DNA of 64,000 nt from Candidatus Thermochlorobacter sp. (GCA_046291735.1 JBKBSK010000001.1:128054-192053), one strand, 5' to 3'; counted from the stretch's first letter, positions 10,720-21,257 are shown. Translations and numbers: made by a program. Notes: generated by a model not told the origin, from the letters alone.

Positions 10720-11724
10720 ATGATTACAAAAGCAATTACAACCTGTCTCATCATTGGAGCAGGTATCTGTGGGCTGATTGCTGCAGACGCTTTGAAGCGT
10801 GCAGGCGTGAAAGTTATCGTTCTCGACAAAGGTCGTGGTGTTGGAGGCAGGTTAGCCACACGCCGCATTCAGGACGGCACATTTGACCATGGGGCGCAGT
10901 ATTTTACGGTCAGAGATCCAAAATTTCATGAGATTGTCGAAGAGTGGCTTGCTGCAGGCATCGTCGAAGAGTGGAGCAGAAACTTTCTGACTCCTACAGG
11001 TCCTTGTGGGGATGAATCCGAACCACGCTACTATGGCATTAATGGCATGACAGGAATTGCAAAATATCTTGCGCGTGACCTTGATGTTCGTCTCAATGAG
11101 CAGGTAATACAGCTTATAGCGCAGCACAGTCGCTGGCAGGTTGCAACGAAGAGCGGCGCGCTCTACCACGCTGACACCGTCATCTTAACACCACCTGTAC
11201 CACAGTCGCTCGAGCTTGTCAAGCGCGCCGGGATTCCGATTCCTATCAAAGAAAAGCGACTGCTGGAGTCTGTTACTTACCTTCCCTGTTTAGGTGTTTT
11301 AGCCTTGCTTGATAGTGCCAGTAAAATCCCTTCGCCCGGCGGTATATGGCTCTACGATAGTCCTGTACTCTGGATTGGCGACAATCAGCAGAAGGGTGTC
11401 TCCAAAGTGCCTGCGGTAACGATTCATGCTACACCGGCATTTAGTCGGATGTATTGGGAGTCCGATGATGAAGCCATTGCACAAGAACTTATTGCTCAAT
11501 CTGCCGCGTGGATTGGTGCGAATGTTATTCATGCCGAGGTGAAGCGCTGGCGATATAGTGCTCCTGACACGTTCGTCCCTGAGCCGTACCTCGTACTTAC
11601 TGAGCCTGCGCCGCTGCTTTTTGCTGGCGATGCATTTGTCTCGCCGTGTGTTGAAGGCGCTATGCTCTCCGGTCTTGCCGCTGCCGAACATCTACTGACT
11701 GAAATTCGCGCCACATCATTGTAA
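10720..11724 (+). CDS. NAD(P)/FAD-dependent oxidoreductase (renalase/amine-oxidase-like)
   Basis: Rossmann motif IIGAGICGLIAA followed by LDKGRGVGGRLATRR and HGAQYFT. Confidence 0.7.
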   Translation: MITKAITTCLIIGAGICGLIAADALKRAGVKVIVLDKGRGVGGRLATRRIQDGTFDHGAQYFTVRDPKFHEIVEEWLAAGIVEEWSRNFLTPTGPCGDESEPRYYGINGMTGIAKYLARDLDVRLNEQVIQLIAQHSRWQVATKSGALYHADTVILTPPVPQSLELVKRAGIPIPIKEKRLLESVTYLPCLGVLALLDSASKIPSPGGIWLYDSPVLWIGDNQQKGVSKVPAVTIHATPAFSRMYWESDDEAIAQELIAQSAAWIGANVIHAEVKRWRYSAPDTFVPEPYLVLTEPAPLLFAGDAFVSPCVEGAMLSGLAAAEHLLTEIRATSL

Positions 11725-11739
11725 AGATGCATGGCATTT

Positions 11740-12219
11740 TCAGTGATGATGATGCCGCAGGCGACGCTCGGCTTCGTGATAGACGCGCATTAATTCTGCT
11801 GGAATCGGCACGGGGCGCATTGTAGAGAGCTTGATGAAAATGCCAAGTTGCTCGGCATGCGCCACTGGCTTGCCTTCAACGAGGAACTCTGCCGATGCCG
11901 TCCAGCGCAGTTGTGTTGCATGGCTAATCCACATCTTGCCAATGAGTTTATCTAAAAACTTCACGGCTTTTTTGTAGTGAATTTCCGTTTTGAGTAAGAC
12001 AGGTGAAATATCCATCTTCAATTGCGCCTCAACGGAGAGATACGATTCAATCATTTTCACGCGCAACACTTCCAACCAACGCACATAAGTAATGTTACTT
12101 ACGACCCCTGCGTAGTCAATGTCGTGGGGCATAATGTCAATTGGCATTGAAAATTCAAAGGCTTTGACTTTTGGCTTGTGCTGAATGGCAAGCGCCGAAT
12201 GGCTGTGATGCTGCGACAT
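11740..12219 (-). CDS. Acyl-CoA thioesterase, 4HBT/YbgC-like hotdog fold
   Basis: Sequence DIDYAGVVSNITYVRWLE is typical of hotdog thioesterases. It has a natural C-terminal HHHH. Confidence 0.65.
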   Translation of the reverse strand: MSQHHSHSALAIQHKPKVKAFEFSMPIDIMPHDIDYAGVVSNITYVRWLEVLRVKMIESYLSVEAQLKMDISPVLLKTEIHYKKAVKFLDKLIGKMWISHATQLRWTASAEFLVEGKPVAHAEQLGIFIKLSTMRPVPIPAELMRVYHEAERRLRHHHH

Positions 12220-12340
12220 AAATTTTCATGTATTAAATTGAACGAACATAAAGTTGCAATATACTTAAAGCGTGCGCCTTGCGCATTTATCTCGTTCAAC
12301 TTTAGGCATCATCATTAGAAGCTATTTCATTAGGAGCACA

Positions 12341-14620
12341 TCAGAGAAATGGAATATCCACATCGTCGCTTTTTGTACGACGGTCTGGTCCTTTCGTTTG
12401 GCTTGCCGTACGATTGGCTTTGCGACGCTCTACGGCTACAGGGATATTGACTTTACGACGCTCTTCACGCTCACGACGCGGTCCTTTGCGCCGATCCAAT
12501 ACTCCAGCACCTTCTTTGTAGCGTTTTTCAAGTTCAATGTAAGATTCTAGTGAGAGCAGTGGTGCCGTGGAAAGTTTAATTGTCTTTTCACCTGTTGCAA
12601 CCGCAAGACCACTGCCATCGGGACTTAGCGTTACGGCATAGAAGCGTCCCTCGCTTTGGTCAATTTGAGCACCGGTTTTTACATCCCAGAGTTTAATCTG
12701 ACACTGTTTTGAAATCCGATTGTAAGACGTGCTTGTCAAGGAATGACCTTCTTTTGCAAAATGCACCGATTCTACACCGCTCTCATGCCCTACCAGTGTA
12801 GTGATTTCCTTACCTGATGGGATTTCCCATAAGCGTACGGTTTTATCCCAACTGCCCGACGCAAGCATATCACCTGCTGGATTGTAATCAACCCATGTCA
12901 CACTGTGCGTGTGTCCCGTGAGTGTTTTCGGCTTTGCGCTGCTCTTTAGACTCCAAAGTTTGATGCTTTTATCAGCGCTTGCTGATGCCAGTTGCTTGCC
13001 ATCAGGACTAAACGCCACTTTGTTTACCGTATGCTTATGTCCTTTGAGGGTTTTCACTTCTTTACCCTTTGCGACATCCCAAATTCTCACGGTTTTGTCG
13101 CTGCTCCCTGAAGCCAGAAGTTTGCCATCGGGGCTAAAGGCAACGGAGTTTACAGCTTGTGTATGACCTTCCAAGCGTTTGAGTTCTTGTCCTGTTTCAG
13201 AATCCCAAAGTATGATGAGATGGTCGTTACCTGCAGTTGCAAGCAGTTTGCCATCGGGGCTAAAGGCAACGCTATAGACATAGGTTCGTGCTGAGCCTTG
13301 CATTAGCGTTTGCAGTTGCTCGCCCGTGCGTGTATCGGTGATGATTGTTCTCCAACTTGCCGAAGCCAATCGGCGTCCATCTGGGCTAAAAGCCATCGCG
13401 TTGATGCGCAGCGCATGTCCTGCAAGTGTTTTTTGCAAGCGAAAACTTGTCGGCAGTAATCGCCACTTGCGCTCTCGTTTAATGTCGGCTTCAATTTCAC
13501 ACAGATTCAGGAAGTTTTTCTCTTCGAAATTACGTTCTAGTTCTTCAACGATGCTTTGCGCTTCACTATCACTTACCATCATCTCACGGCACTTTTTGAG
13601 TAGTTCCCCCACTCTCGTGGCAGCATTATCGCGCAGAGTGCTGAGGCAGTCTATGACAAACTGACACGAAACCAGTTCGTAATCCGCCATCACTCTGACC
13701 ACATAAAACTTTTCTGCTTCAATCACACGGCGCAAGAGATCGGTTGCATCTTGCTCTTTTCCACACAGTGCATAGCCTTTTGCCGCAAGAAATCCTGCTT
13801 CTGAAAACTTTGGAGAGAGCTGGTAGGCTTTCAAGGCAAGTTCAGCCACGCTCTCTGGCTTATTGAGCACATAGCATGCCACTGCTGCATGGAAATATGC
13901 GTCTGCAGTTGCAATTCTTAGAGCATCTTGAAAGTCCCAATCTTCACCGTAGAAGACACGCAGTAGCGGCAGAGCCAGTGCGTCCTCCTCTTTTTCGGCA
14001 AGTTCAGCAGCTTTACGCAGCGCTTGCTCGGCTTTTTCAGGATTAAACAGCGTAGGCACATAAAGTGAAATCAACCCGGCACGATGCCAGAGTGTGTATT
14101 CCTGCGGTTTGCTTGCCAGTATTTCCTCAAAGCGCCTGAGGGCAAGTTCATACAGATCGTAATCTGTTACACCTTTGGCATAGTGTTGAAACGCTTGCTC
14201 CATACGCTTAGTCAAGCCCTCTTCATTGACGGAGAGGCGATAGAGAATCTGTACATCTCGAGTCTCAAAACGCTCACAATTTTTTTGGTCAGTGTTGAAG
14301 GCATAGACCCAGTCAAGTGCCGTTGCCGACTCTGTCCAAACTGTTGAGTGCGTGCCAATAGTCTTAATGCTATTCCATATTTTTTCATCATCTTCGCCGA
14401 CAACAATTTCCTTTGCCTGCTTTACCATCTGTGCTAGCTTCTGTTCCTCTTCATTGCCATCTCGAAGCCGATCTATCTCTTGCATCTGCTGCTGTATGCT
14501 CTTCATGATCATTTCTTGAGCATGTTCAGGCGTCGTTACCTCTGACATTCGTCTCAGATATGCTAAAAACTGTTCAGTGCGAGTATCACGAGACACAGGA
14601 TTAAATGAGAAGGCCGGCAT
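12341..14620 (-). CDS. WD40-repeat protein with an N-terminal helical (TPR-like) domain
   Basis: About seven repeats of the form GH...V..VAFSPDG..LASxS.DKT..LW. A ~390-aa helical N-terminal region and an Arg/Lys-rich C-terminal tail flank them. Confidence 0.8.
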   Translation of the reverse strand: MPAFSFNPVSRDTRTEQFLAYLRRMSEVTTPEHAQEMIMKSIQQQMQEIDRLRDGNEEEQKLAQMVKQAKEIVVGEDDEKIWNSIKTIGTHSTVWTESATALDWVYAFNTDQKNCERFETRDVQILYRLSVNEEGLTKRMEQAFQHYAKGVTDYDLYELALRRFEEILASKPQEYTLWHRAGLISLYVPTLFNPEKAEQALRKAAELAEKEEDALALPLLRVFYGEDWDFQDALRIATADAYFHAAVACYVLNKPESVAELALKAYQLSPKFSEAGFLAAKGYALCGKEQDATDLLRRVIEAEKFYVVRVMADYELVSCQFVIDCLSTLRDNAATRVGELLKKCREMMVSDSEAQSIVEELERNFEEKNFLNLCEIEADIKRERKWRLLPTSFRLQKTLAGHALRINAMAFSPDGRRLASASWRTIITDTRTGEQLQTLMQGSARTYVYSVAFSPDGKLLATAGNDHLIILWDSETGQELKRLEGHTQAVNSVAFSPDGKLLASGSSDKTVRIWDVAKGKEVKTLKGHKHTVNKVAFSPDGKQLASASADKSIKLWSLKSSAKPKTLTGHTHSVTWVDYNPAGDMLASGSWDKTVRLWEIPSGKEITTLVGHESGVESVHFAKEGHSLTSTSYNRISKQCQIKLWDVKTGAQIDQSEGRFYAVTLSPDGSGLAVATGEKTIKLSTAPLLSLESYIELEKRYKEGAGVLDRRKGPRREREERRKVNIPVAVERRKANRTASQTKGPDRRTKSDDVDIPFL

Positions 14621-14790
14621 AAGACTACAATCATTTATGGGTTTTAGCTAAAACTTCGGTCGTCTAAAATGCTACTTTTTTTTCAAATTTTTATGCTTCT
14701 GCTCTCTGAGATAAGAGGGCAGGATTGCACGGCACAGGCTGTGCAATTTTTGCGGTTCTATTAGCAACCATTTCAGCCTTTCTCGGCTGT

Positions 14791-15912
14791 CTAAAAATAG
14801 CCCTCGACGAGCAGCGTATCGCCCAAAACTTTTAGCGAGAGCTCATGCAACTCAATGCTATCTTCCAAGTGCCGTAGGTTTAACTGCCCAATGCCCGAGA
14901 GTGCATCGGCACCGAGGATTTTTGGAGCAATGAAGAGATGCAATTTGTCGCACAGTTTTGCGCGCAGAAAACTTGTAATGAGTTTTGCACCGCCTTCAAT
15001 CATCACCAAGAGCAGTTTTTTCTCGTGCAGAACCTCAAGCACTTCATTGAGATTCAATTCATCGTTTTTCTCTGTTACAAAGCAAGTTTCTACATCTTGA
15101 CGCGCAAGGGCTTTGAGTTTTGGGTGCTTGCGATTAACCTTTGATGTAATCACAAGGGTTTTTGCATCTTTGTTGAAGATATTTGCGTGCAGCGGCACAC
15201 GGAGTTTGCGATCGAGCAACACGCGCATAGGGTTACGCCCTTTGACGAAGCGGACGGTAAGTGAGGGATTATCGGCAAGTGCCGTGCCTGTGCCAATTAG
15301 CACAGCGTCGGCTTCGGCTCGCAACTGATGCAAATAAGCACGCGCGATTTCACTTGTAATCCATTTTGATTCTTTTGTCTTCGTAGCAATTTTTCCATCG
15401 AGCGTCTGCGCCAGCTTGAGCGCCACAAACGGCACGCCTTTTTTGTGAAACTTGATAAAGGCTTCATTGAGTCGCTCCGCTTCCTCTTCCAGCACACCGA
15501 CCGTTACGCTCACACCAGCTTCACGCAGTTTTTTGATTCCTCTGCCTGCGACTTTTTTGAAAGGGTCTTTGCAACCAATCACAACACGGGGAATTTTTTT
15601 TTCTATGATGAGGTCAGCGCAAGGCGGGGTTTTGCCAAAGTGCGAACAGGGTTCAAGATTGACATAAAGTGTCGACTCACGCAGCAGTGTTGCATCCTTC
15701 ACGGCGGCAATGGCATGCACTTCCGCATGTGGTCCACCATAGCGTTTGTGCCAGCCGCGTCCAATAATTTTTCCCTGATGCACTACCACTGCACCTACCA
15801 TGGGATTAGGGCTCACTGCGCCTGCACCGTGCCGCGCTAAACGCAGACACTCTCGCATAAACTTTTCATCTTGCGCAGTATCCCCCTCCTTGTGAGGGCG
15901 TCTTTCAGACAT
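14791..15912 (-). CDS. ribD: Bifunctional riboflavin biosynthesis deaminase/reductase
   Basis: HAEVHAI and PCSHFGKTPPC deaminase zinc motifs plus a C-terminal reductase domain. Confidence 0.9.
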   Translation of the reverse strand: MSERRPHKEGDTAQDEKFMRECLRLARHGAGAVSPNPMVGAVVVHQGKIIGRGWHKRYGGPHAEVHAIAAVKDATLLRESTLYVNLEPCSHFGKTPPCADLIIEKKIPRVVIGCKDPFKKVAGRGIKKLREAGVSVTVGVLEEEAERLNEAFIKFHKKGVPFVALKLAQTLDGKIATKTKESKWITSEIARAYLHQLRAEADAVLIGTGTALADNPSLTVRFVKGRNPMRVLLDRKLRVPLHANIFNKDAKTLVITSKVNRKHPKLKALARQDVETCFVTEKNDELNLNEVLEVLHEKKLLLVMIEGGAKLITSFLRAKLCDKLHLFIAPKILGADALSGIGQLNLRHLEDSIELHELSLKVLGDTLLVEGYF

Positions 15913-16035
15913 TGCACTTTGCCTGTTTGGTTTTTTTCATTGTCGCTAAGTTACGAACGAGACAATCGAGATAAGACTGCCCGATGACCAACATGGTGCA
16001 TCTAAAAGCCTGCACTTGTTCGTGCTATGTTCAGA

Positions 16036-16935
16036 TTACTCTTTCGGCAACTTGCTGATGGATTTGAGTATCAAGGTGTTAATCTGCTCCTTTGGTAAGG
16101 TTACAAAGAAATCTTCACTTGATAAATCCAGCAGCCGATACGAGTAGGTAATCAACGGTTGTGGATTAGGCTTTGTGATAACTTCGGTGCAAAAATCATA
16201 GATATGTCTATCAATTTCTGCTGTAATGAATGGTGCAAGTCGATGTACCAAATAACAGGCTTCAAGTGCTACATCTAACAACTTGGCGCATCGCTCCAAA
16301 TGACTGACCGCAACTTGTGAGCCCGGCGGTTCTTCGTAATACAGAATATACTCCATGGCTGCATCATGCAGGTACCTGCCCATCACTTTGAGTGAGAGCG
16401 CGCAGTAATTCTCCCAAAAGTCTGGCTCTGCTACTGCAAAGAAACGCTTGTAGATCGGTAGCAGCGCTTTCTCATAGAGATTCCACAGCAAGATAAAACT
16501 TGCATCTGCTAGAATACTTTTCCAGCGCAACATCAAGGTTACCGCATCAATCATGGTCTCCATCACAACTGTATCAAACGGGGCATGCAGCAGCAATGCT
16601 GCAACACGCAAACTCTCATACTTCCAATGCTGTTCATCAATTTTGACATTCTGACCACTTAATGTTTCTAGCAAGGCTTCAACTTCATCTAAAATTTTTT
16701 CTCTATCTGCCGAAAGCACAATTTGTTCACCTGCTTTGATGAGCTCTGTCTTGGCTTGAATTTCCAAGCGTTCTTCCTTGGCTACACCCGATGTGTAGAG
16801 AAAAAACAGCACGGCTTTAGCCGCATACTGCTTTTCTGGTAAGAGTGCAGTCTGCAGGTCAAGTATCGCCGATTTAGTCAGCGCGTAGGGGTCAAGATGA
16901 TAGCGTTCATTCCAGAGTTGAAAGTTTGGTCTCAC
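16036..16935 (-). CDS. Hypothetical all-helical protein
   Basis: Long ORF with a GTG start 13 nt after the stop of the upstream gene. No motif recognised. Confidence 0.5.
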   Translation of the reverse strand: MRPNFQLWNERYHLDPYALTKSAILDLQTALLPEKQYAAKAVLFFLYTSGVAKEERLEIQAKTELIKAGEQIVLSADREKILDEVEALLETLSGQNVKIDEQHWKYESLRVAALLLHAPFDTVVMETMIDAVTLMLRWKSILADASFILLWNLYEKALLPIYKRFFAVAEPDFWENYCALSLKVMGRYLHDAAMEYILYYEEPPGSQVAVSHLERCAKLLDVALEACYLVHRLAPFITAEIDRHIYDFCTEVITKPNPQPLITYSYRLLDLSSEDFFVTLPKEQINTLILKSISKLPKE

Positions 16936-16948
16936 AATCAGTGTTATT

Positions 16949-17476
16949 TTAGGTATGATTTGGGAAAATGTGCGGTTGCTCGATGTGCACTTGAATTAAG
17001 CGCACACCTGAAAGACGTAAAAGCTCAGAGATATTTTCAATTTTGTAAGGCTTGTCGTAGTAAATCGTTTTGATACCTACGTTGATTAGGGCTTTGAGGC
17101 AATTAATACATGGGCTTGCTGTTATGTAAATCTCCGCATCTTTGATGGCTACACCATGTTTTGCAGCTTGAATAATCGCATTCATCTCTGCATGAATTGT
17201 GCGCATGCAGTTCTCCTCGACTGTACCATCAGGGTGAGTGGATTTGTAGATGAGACAATTGGGTCCATCGCAGTGTGGCAAGCCAGAGGGTGAACCGTTG
17301 TAGCCGGTTGCTAAGATGTTGTTATCGCGTACGATGACTGCACCGACATGTGCCCGCTCGCATGTTGAGCGTAGTGAAATCAAATGCGCCACACGCATAA
17401 AGTACTCTTGCCAGCCAATTCGCTTCGGCTTTTCAGCAAGGTGAGATAGAGCATTTTGCTCATGAAAATCTTGCAT
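16949..17476 (-). CDS. Deoxycytidylate (dCMP) deaminase
   Basis: HAEMNAI and [14 protein letters not shown] zinc-binding motifs. Confidence 0.85.
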   Translation of the reverse strand: MQDFHEQNALSHLAEKPKRIGWQEYFMRVAHLISLRSTCERAHVGAVIVRDNNILATGYNGSPSGLPHCDGPNCLIYKSTHPDGTVEENCMRTIHAEMNAIIQAAKHGVAIKDAEIYITASPCINCLKALINVGIKTIYYDKPYKIENISELLRLSGVRLIQVHIEQPHIFPNHT

Positions 17477-17485
17477 GCTCTCTTT

Positions 17486-18310
17486 CTACTTTGCTTCGTT
17501 CAAATTCCAGTTGTAATCCAAGAACTTGATTGTAACATTGCCGCTCTCCAAGCGCTCGCGTTCTTCACCTGAAAAGTATTGAGCAATATACTTGAGTAGT
17601 GATCCTTTCTTCTTCTCAAAGTCGCTCCGATACCACTCAAAAATTTTCGACAGATAGAGCGTATTGCCTTCTAATCTAAACTGGTTGCGTGTGGTATCGC
17701 TTAGAAAAGCTTGTGCTTGTTCTTTTAATTGCGCACTTAGCTTTTCTCCTGTGTAGGCTTCAGGGCGAAGTGCTGGGCACGATTCTGAGGCACAATTTAC
17801 GGCAAAATGAATTTGCTCTTCGCCTAACTCACCGCGCAAAATCGTGTGTTCAATATCGTCCAGCGAATACACTTTCCCTCCAACTTTGCAGAACTTACGT
17901 TTCCACGGACTATCGATGGGCAAAGAGATGTAGCCCAGTGCACTTAAATCCGTGATGCTTTTAATTGGGTAATTGTCGACGACAAGTTTGAGCGTATAAG
18001 CATTGTAGGCATTGATCCAAAACGCAATTTTTTCTTCACGTGTCTCTAGAGCGTCAGGGTTTGCGTGCTCGAGCTCTTGCAAATACTCATCTAAGCGCCT
18101 ATCCTCTTTGAGCGCCGCATAGTTGACTTTATCGTTTTGCACATATTGTTTCAGCAGCACGTCAAATTTGCTATGGTCAAATCTTGTACTTTGCTGTGCC
18201 GCGCTCTGTGACTGGTACATGATGACTGCTAAGATAACTGATATGACTGATAGCCTTAGCGTTGAGACTGCAAGATATAACTTTTTCATGCTTTCTGAGA
18301 TTTTTGCCAT
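17486..18310 (-). CDS. DUF547-domain secreted protein
   Basis: AFWINAYNAYTLKLV and CASESCPAL motifs are typical of DUF547. It has a signal peptide. The start may instead be the MKKLYL codon at 18289. Confidence 0.7.
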   Translation of the reverse strand: MAKISESMKKLYLAVSTLRLSVISVILAVIMYQSQSAAQQSTRFDHSKFDVLLKQYVQNDKVNYAALKEDRRLDEYLQELEHANPDALETREEKIAFWINAYNAYTLKLVVDNYPIKSITDLSALGYISLPIDSPWKRKFCKVGGKVYSLDDIEHTILRGELGEEQIHFAVNCASESCPALRPEAYTGEKLSAQLKEQAQAFLSDTTRNQFRLEGNTLYLSKIFEWYRSDFEKKKGSLLKYIAQYFSGEERERLESGNVTIKFLDYNWNLNEAK

Positions 18311-19970
18311 GATAAAAAATTACTTTACGCTCTACGCTCTCTCGCTTGAGCTCAAGTCGCTCTTCGAAGGTGGCTATGTCTTCGAGGCGTTTTCACAACA
18401 AAAAAATGAACTGTGCCTTTCTCTTATCGCTCACGACAAGCGACGCTTTACACTCTTTGCGGTTGCACAGTCAACGCATCTTTCAATTTACTTTTCCGAA
18501 ATGTTTCAGCGCCAGAAGCGCAATACGGTCAACTTGATGACTAAAGCAAATGAAAAACAAATTCAAGCCGTAAGAATTTCCGATTGTGAACGCATTCTCT
18601 ACTTTGAACTCGAAGCCGGTCTCACGCTCGTCTTTCAACTCTTCAGTGCCGCAACCAATTTCTTTCTGCTCGAAAATGGTCTTGTTGTGGAAAGTTTCAA
18701 GAAAGAGACAGATTTACTTCATCAAGCTTTTCTTGAGCGTTCACACATTCCCATCTTGCGCACACTTGAAAGGCTTGCCACAGACTACGACTTATTCTGC
18801 CAGACACTCGATTTTGGCGCCTTCAGGTCGCTTTCTGCAAAAGAGCAAGAGCGATGGCTTCCCAAGAAGCTGATAGGGTTTGATGCGTATCTTTCTCGTG
18901 AAACACTCTTCCGTGCACGTGCACAATCAGCTGACTTAGAGCCGCAGGCTCTCCACGAAGCCTTTCAAGATGTGTTCTATGAACTGATTTCACCCGAACC
19001 CAAAGTTTATTTCTCTGCAAACGATGTATGGTTTTCAAATCTCTCTCACACTCACACACCCTTCGAGCGCGTTGAAGCCTTTGACTCCATCAATGATGCA
19101 CTGCGCTTTTACGCCCAGCAGGTTCATCAACGCGCTAATTTCGGCAAGGACTTGCTTCTACTGAGAAAATCGCTTGAGCGGCTCATTGAGAAAACCCGCG
19201 AGCAAGTGCGCACCATGCAAGCCCAGTACACCGTCAACCGCGCCGAGATGTATGAGACATTCGGCAAACTGCTCCTGCTTCACCGTGATATACCTAAAGG
19301 GCTCACAGAGATTGAAGTAGAGAATGTCTTTTCAGATGGAGAGCGTGTTAAAATTGCGCTCGACGCCGCAAAATCTATTCAGGAAAACGCAGAGAGCTAT
19401 TTTGAGCGCGCTAAGAAATCGCGTCAACAGCGCACACTTACTGCCAAACGTCTCAATGAAGTTGAGACTGCGCTTCTTGAACAGCAGCGTCTTTTAGCGG
19501 AGCTTTCAGAAGTTACTTCGCCCAAGGCACTTAAAGCATGGCGAGAAAGACATTCCGATTGGCTCAAAAAGTTTGGTCTGCTTCCCAAAGCTGATGCCGA
19601 GCAGGCGTATCTCTTTCGTCGTTTCAAACTCAGTGAGCAAAGTGAACTGTGGGTTGGCAAGAATGCGCAGAATAACGACTTGCTTACGTTCAAATATGCA
19701 CGTCCTAACGACCTTTGGCTTCATGCGCGCGGGGTTTCCGGCTCACACTGCATTTTGAAGTCGCCACGCAAGCCCAGCAAAGACGACATCATGCGCGCCG
19801 CCGAGATTGCCGCCTATTACTCTGCAGCACGTACAAGCGAGCTTGTGCCGGTCATCTACACCGAGAAAAAATATGTACGCAAACCTAAAGGTGCACCTAC
19901 TGGCAGCGTTATCGTCGAACGTGAAGAAGTCTTGATGGTCAAACCGCGTCTGCTCTTTGAGGAAGCGTAA
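18309..19970 (+). CDS. NFACT/FbpA-like protein with a C-terminal DUF814 (RqcH-related)
   Basis: N-terminus MIKNYFTLYALSLELKSLFEGG and C-terminal LWLHARGVSGSHCILKS. The ORF-track start at 18123 would overlap the divergent gene by 190 nt. Confidence 0.75.
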   Translation: MIKNYFTLYALSLELKSLFEGGYVFEAFSQQKNELCLSLIAHDKRRFTLFAVAQSTHLSIYFSEMFQRQKRNTVNLMTKANEKQIQAVRISDCERILYFELEAGLTLVFQLFSAATNFFLLENGLVVESFKKETDLLHQAFLERSHIPILRTLERLATDYDLFCQTLDFGAFRSLSAKEQERWLPKKLIGFDAYLSRETLFRARAQSADLEPQALHEAFQDVFYELISPEPKVYFSANDVWFSNLSHTHTPFERVEAFDSINDALRFYAQQVHQRANFGKDLLLLRKSLERLIEKTREQVRTMQAQYTVNRAEMYETFGKLLLLHRDIPKGLTEIEVENVFSDGERVKIALDAAKSIQENAESYFERAKKSRQQRTLTAKRLNEVETALLEQQRLLAELSEVTSPKALKAWRERHSDWLKKFGLLPKADAEQAYLFRRFKLSEQSELWVGKNAQNNDLLTFKYARPNDLWLHARGVSGSHCILKSPRKPSKDDIMRAAEIAAYYSAARTSELVPVIYTEKKYVRKPKGAPTGSVIVEREEVLMVKPRLLFEEA

Positions 19971-19973
19971 CTG

Positions 19974-20570
19974 CTACTTTTTTTGTAGCAGGAATTGCAT
20001 TTGCAGCAGTGTTCTCTCTTTTGCCAGTATTGCAAAGCCAGTCTCTTGACATAGCGTTAGCACTTCATTTTCTTCTCTCAAAAAAAGTGCGTGCAATTGC
20101 ACATAGCGCAGCAAGTTTAGCCATATGCGTGTTGAGGCAGTCAGCGCTAAATAGCCTTTTGGCTGCAGCGTGCGCGCCAGTTCGCATAGGAGCGCTCGGA
20201 GATTTTGCACATACTCTGTCACGCCGACGCATAACACCAAATCAAACGTGCTTTCAGCAAATGGTAAATTTTCGGCATGTGCTTGTTGCACTTTTACATT
20301 TGGAAATTTTCGATGCAAACGCTGCAACATCTTCTCTGCACAATCTACAGCATAGCATTCACGGCATACCAATTCAGAGGCGTAGAGCACCGAGAGCGCA
20401 TTACCCTCACCTGTACCTATATCCAAGACTTTCTCAAAGTGCTTTTTTGGAATTTTGTGCAGCAGCTGCATCAGAGCTTGATTTTCTCTTTCCAAAATTC
20501 CTTGAGAGATCGGGTTTGCGCGCAGTGCGCCATAGAACCTTGCTTGCGCATTCCAGAGTGCTCTCGACAT
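19974..20570 (-). CDS. Class I SAM-dependent methyltransferase
   Basis: Motif I VLDIGTGEGNAL. Confidence 0.7.
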   Translation of the reverse strand: MSRALWNAQARFYGALRANPISQGILERENQALMQLLHKIPKKHFEKVLDIGTGEGNALSVLYASELVCRECYAVDCAEKMLQRLHRKFPNVKVQQAHAENLPFAESTFDLVLCVGVTEYVQNLRALLCELARTLQPKGYLALTASTRIWLNLLRYVQLHALFLREENEVLTLCQETGFAILAKERTLLQMQFLLQKK

Positions 20571-20591
20571 GAGAACAGTATTGATGCAGTG

Positions 20592-21251
20592 TTACAAGTA
20601 GCCTAGTTCTTTTAAGCGTGCTTCGCTAAGCGGCTCTCGAGACAAGTTCGCATTTTGCAAAAATGCTTGCACCTGTTTTGCAATGTATTTGCCTAAAATG
20701 TCGAACTCAAGATTGACTTTATCGCCAGCTTTACGCTCTTTGAGTGTCGTGTGCTGATAAGTGTAAGGAATAATCGCTACGCTAAAGACATTACGCTGCA
20801 AGTCTGCCACAGTGAGGCTGATACCATCGACGGCAATAGAACCTACTGGCACAATGTAAGGCTCAAACTGCGGTTCGAACATGATTTTGCAGAGCCAGCT
20901 TGCTGATAGCTTGCGCAGTTCAAGAATTTCTCCGACGCAGTCGACATGACCTTGCACATAGTGCCCGCCCATTCGGTCGCTTGCGCGCAGGGCGCGCTCA
21001 AGATTGACCTTTGTGCCCACGCGCCAACTGCCTAGCGTTGTCTTCTTCAAGGTTTCTTCCACCGTATCGACTTCAAATGTGTTGTCCTGCACGGCAACTA
21101 CGGTTTGACATGCGCCGCTCAAGCAAACACTTTCATCTACTGCAAGATCACTCATATCTTCGCTGTGATACTCAATGCGCAATCTCAAACCGTTACCGCG
21201 TTGCGCTACATTTTTCACAATACCAATATCTTTGATAATACCTGTGAACAT
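20592..21251 (-). CDS. ribE: Riboflavin synthase alpha chain
   Basis: MFTGIIKDIG N-terminus and an internal duplicated lumazine-binding fold (GGHYVQGHVD). Confidence 0.9.
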   Translation of the reverse strand: MFTGIIKDIGIVKNVAQRGNGLRLRIEYHSEDMSDLAVDESVCLSGACQTVVAVQDNTFEVDTVEETLKKTTLGSWRVGTKVNLERALRASDRMGGHYVQGHVDCVGEILELRKLSASWLCKIMFEPQFEPYIVPVGSIAVDGISLTVADLQRNVFSVAIIPYTYQHTTLKERKAGDKVNLEFDILGKYIAKQVQAFLQNANLSREPLSEARLKELGYL

Positions 21252-21257
21252 TTTGCA

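Noticed and set aside
15913-16035. Possible FMN (RFN) riboswitch upstream of ribD.
   Set aside because: Only about 120 nt are available. The minus-strand sequence lacks the conserved RFN blocks (GGGGCAGGGUGAAAUUCCC, GAUGGGAGA-type segments). ribD appears to be co-transcribed with the upstream genes.
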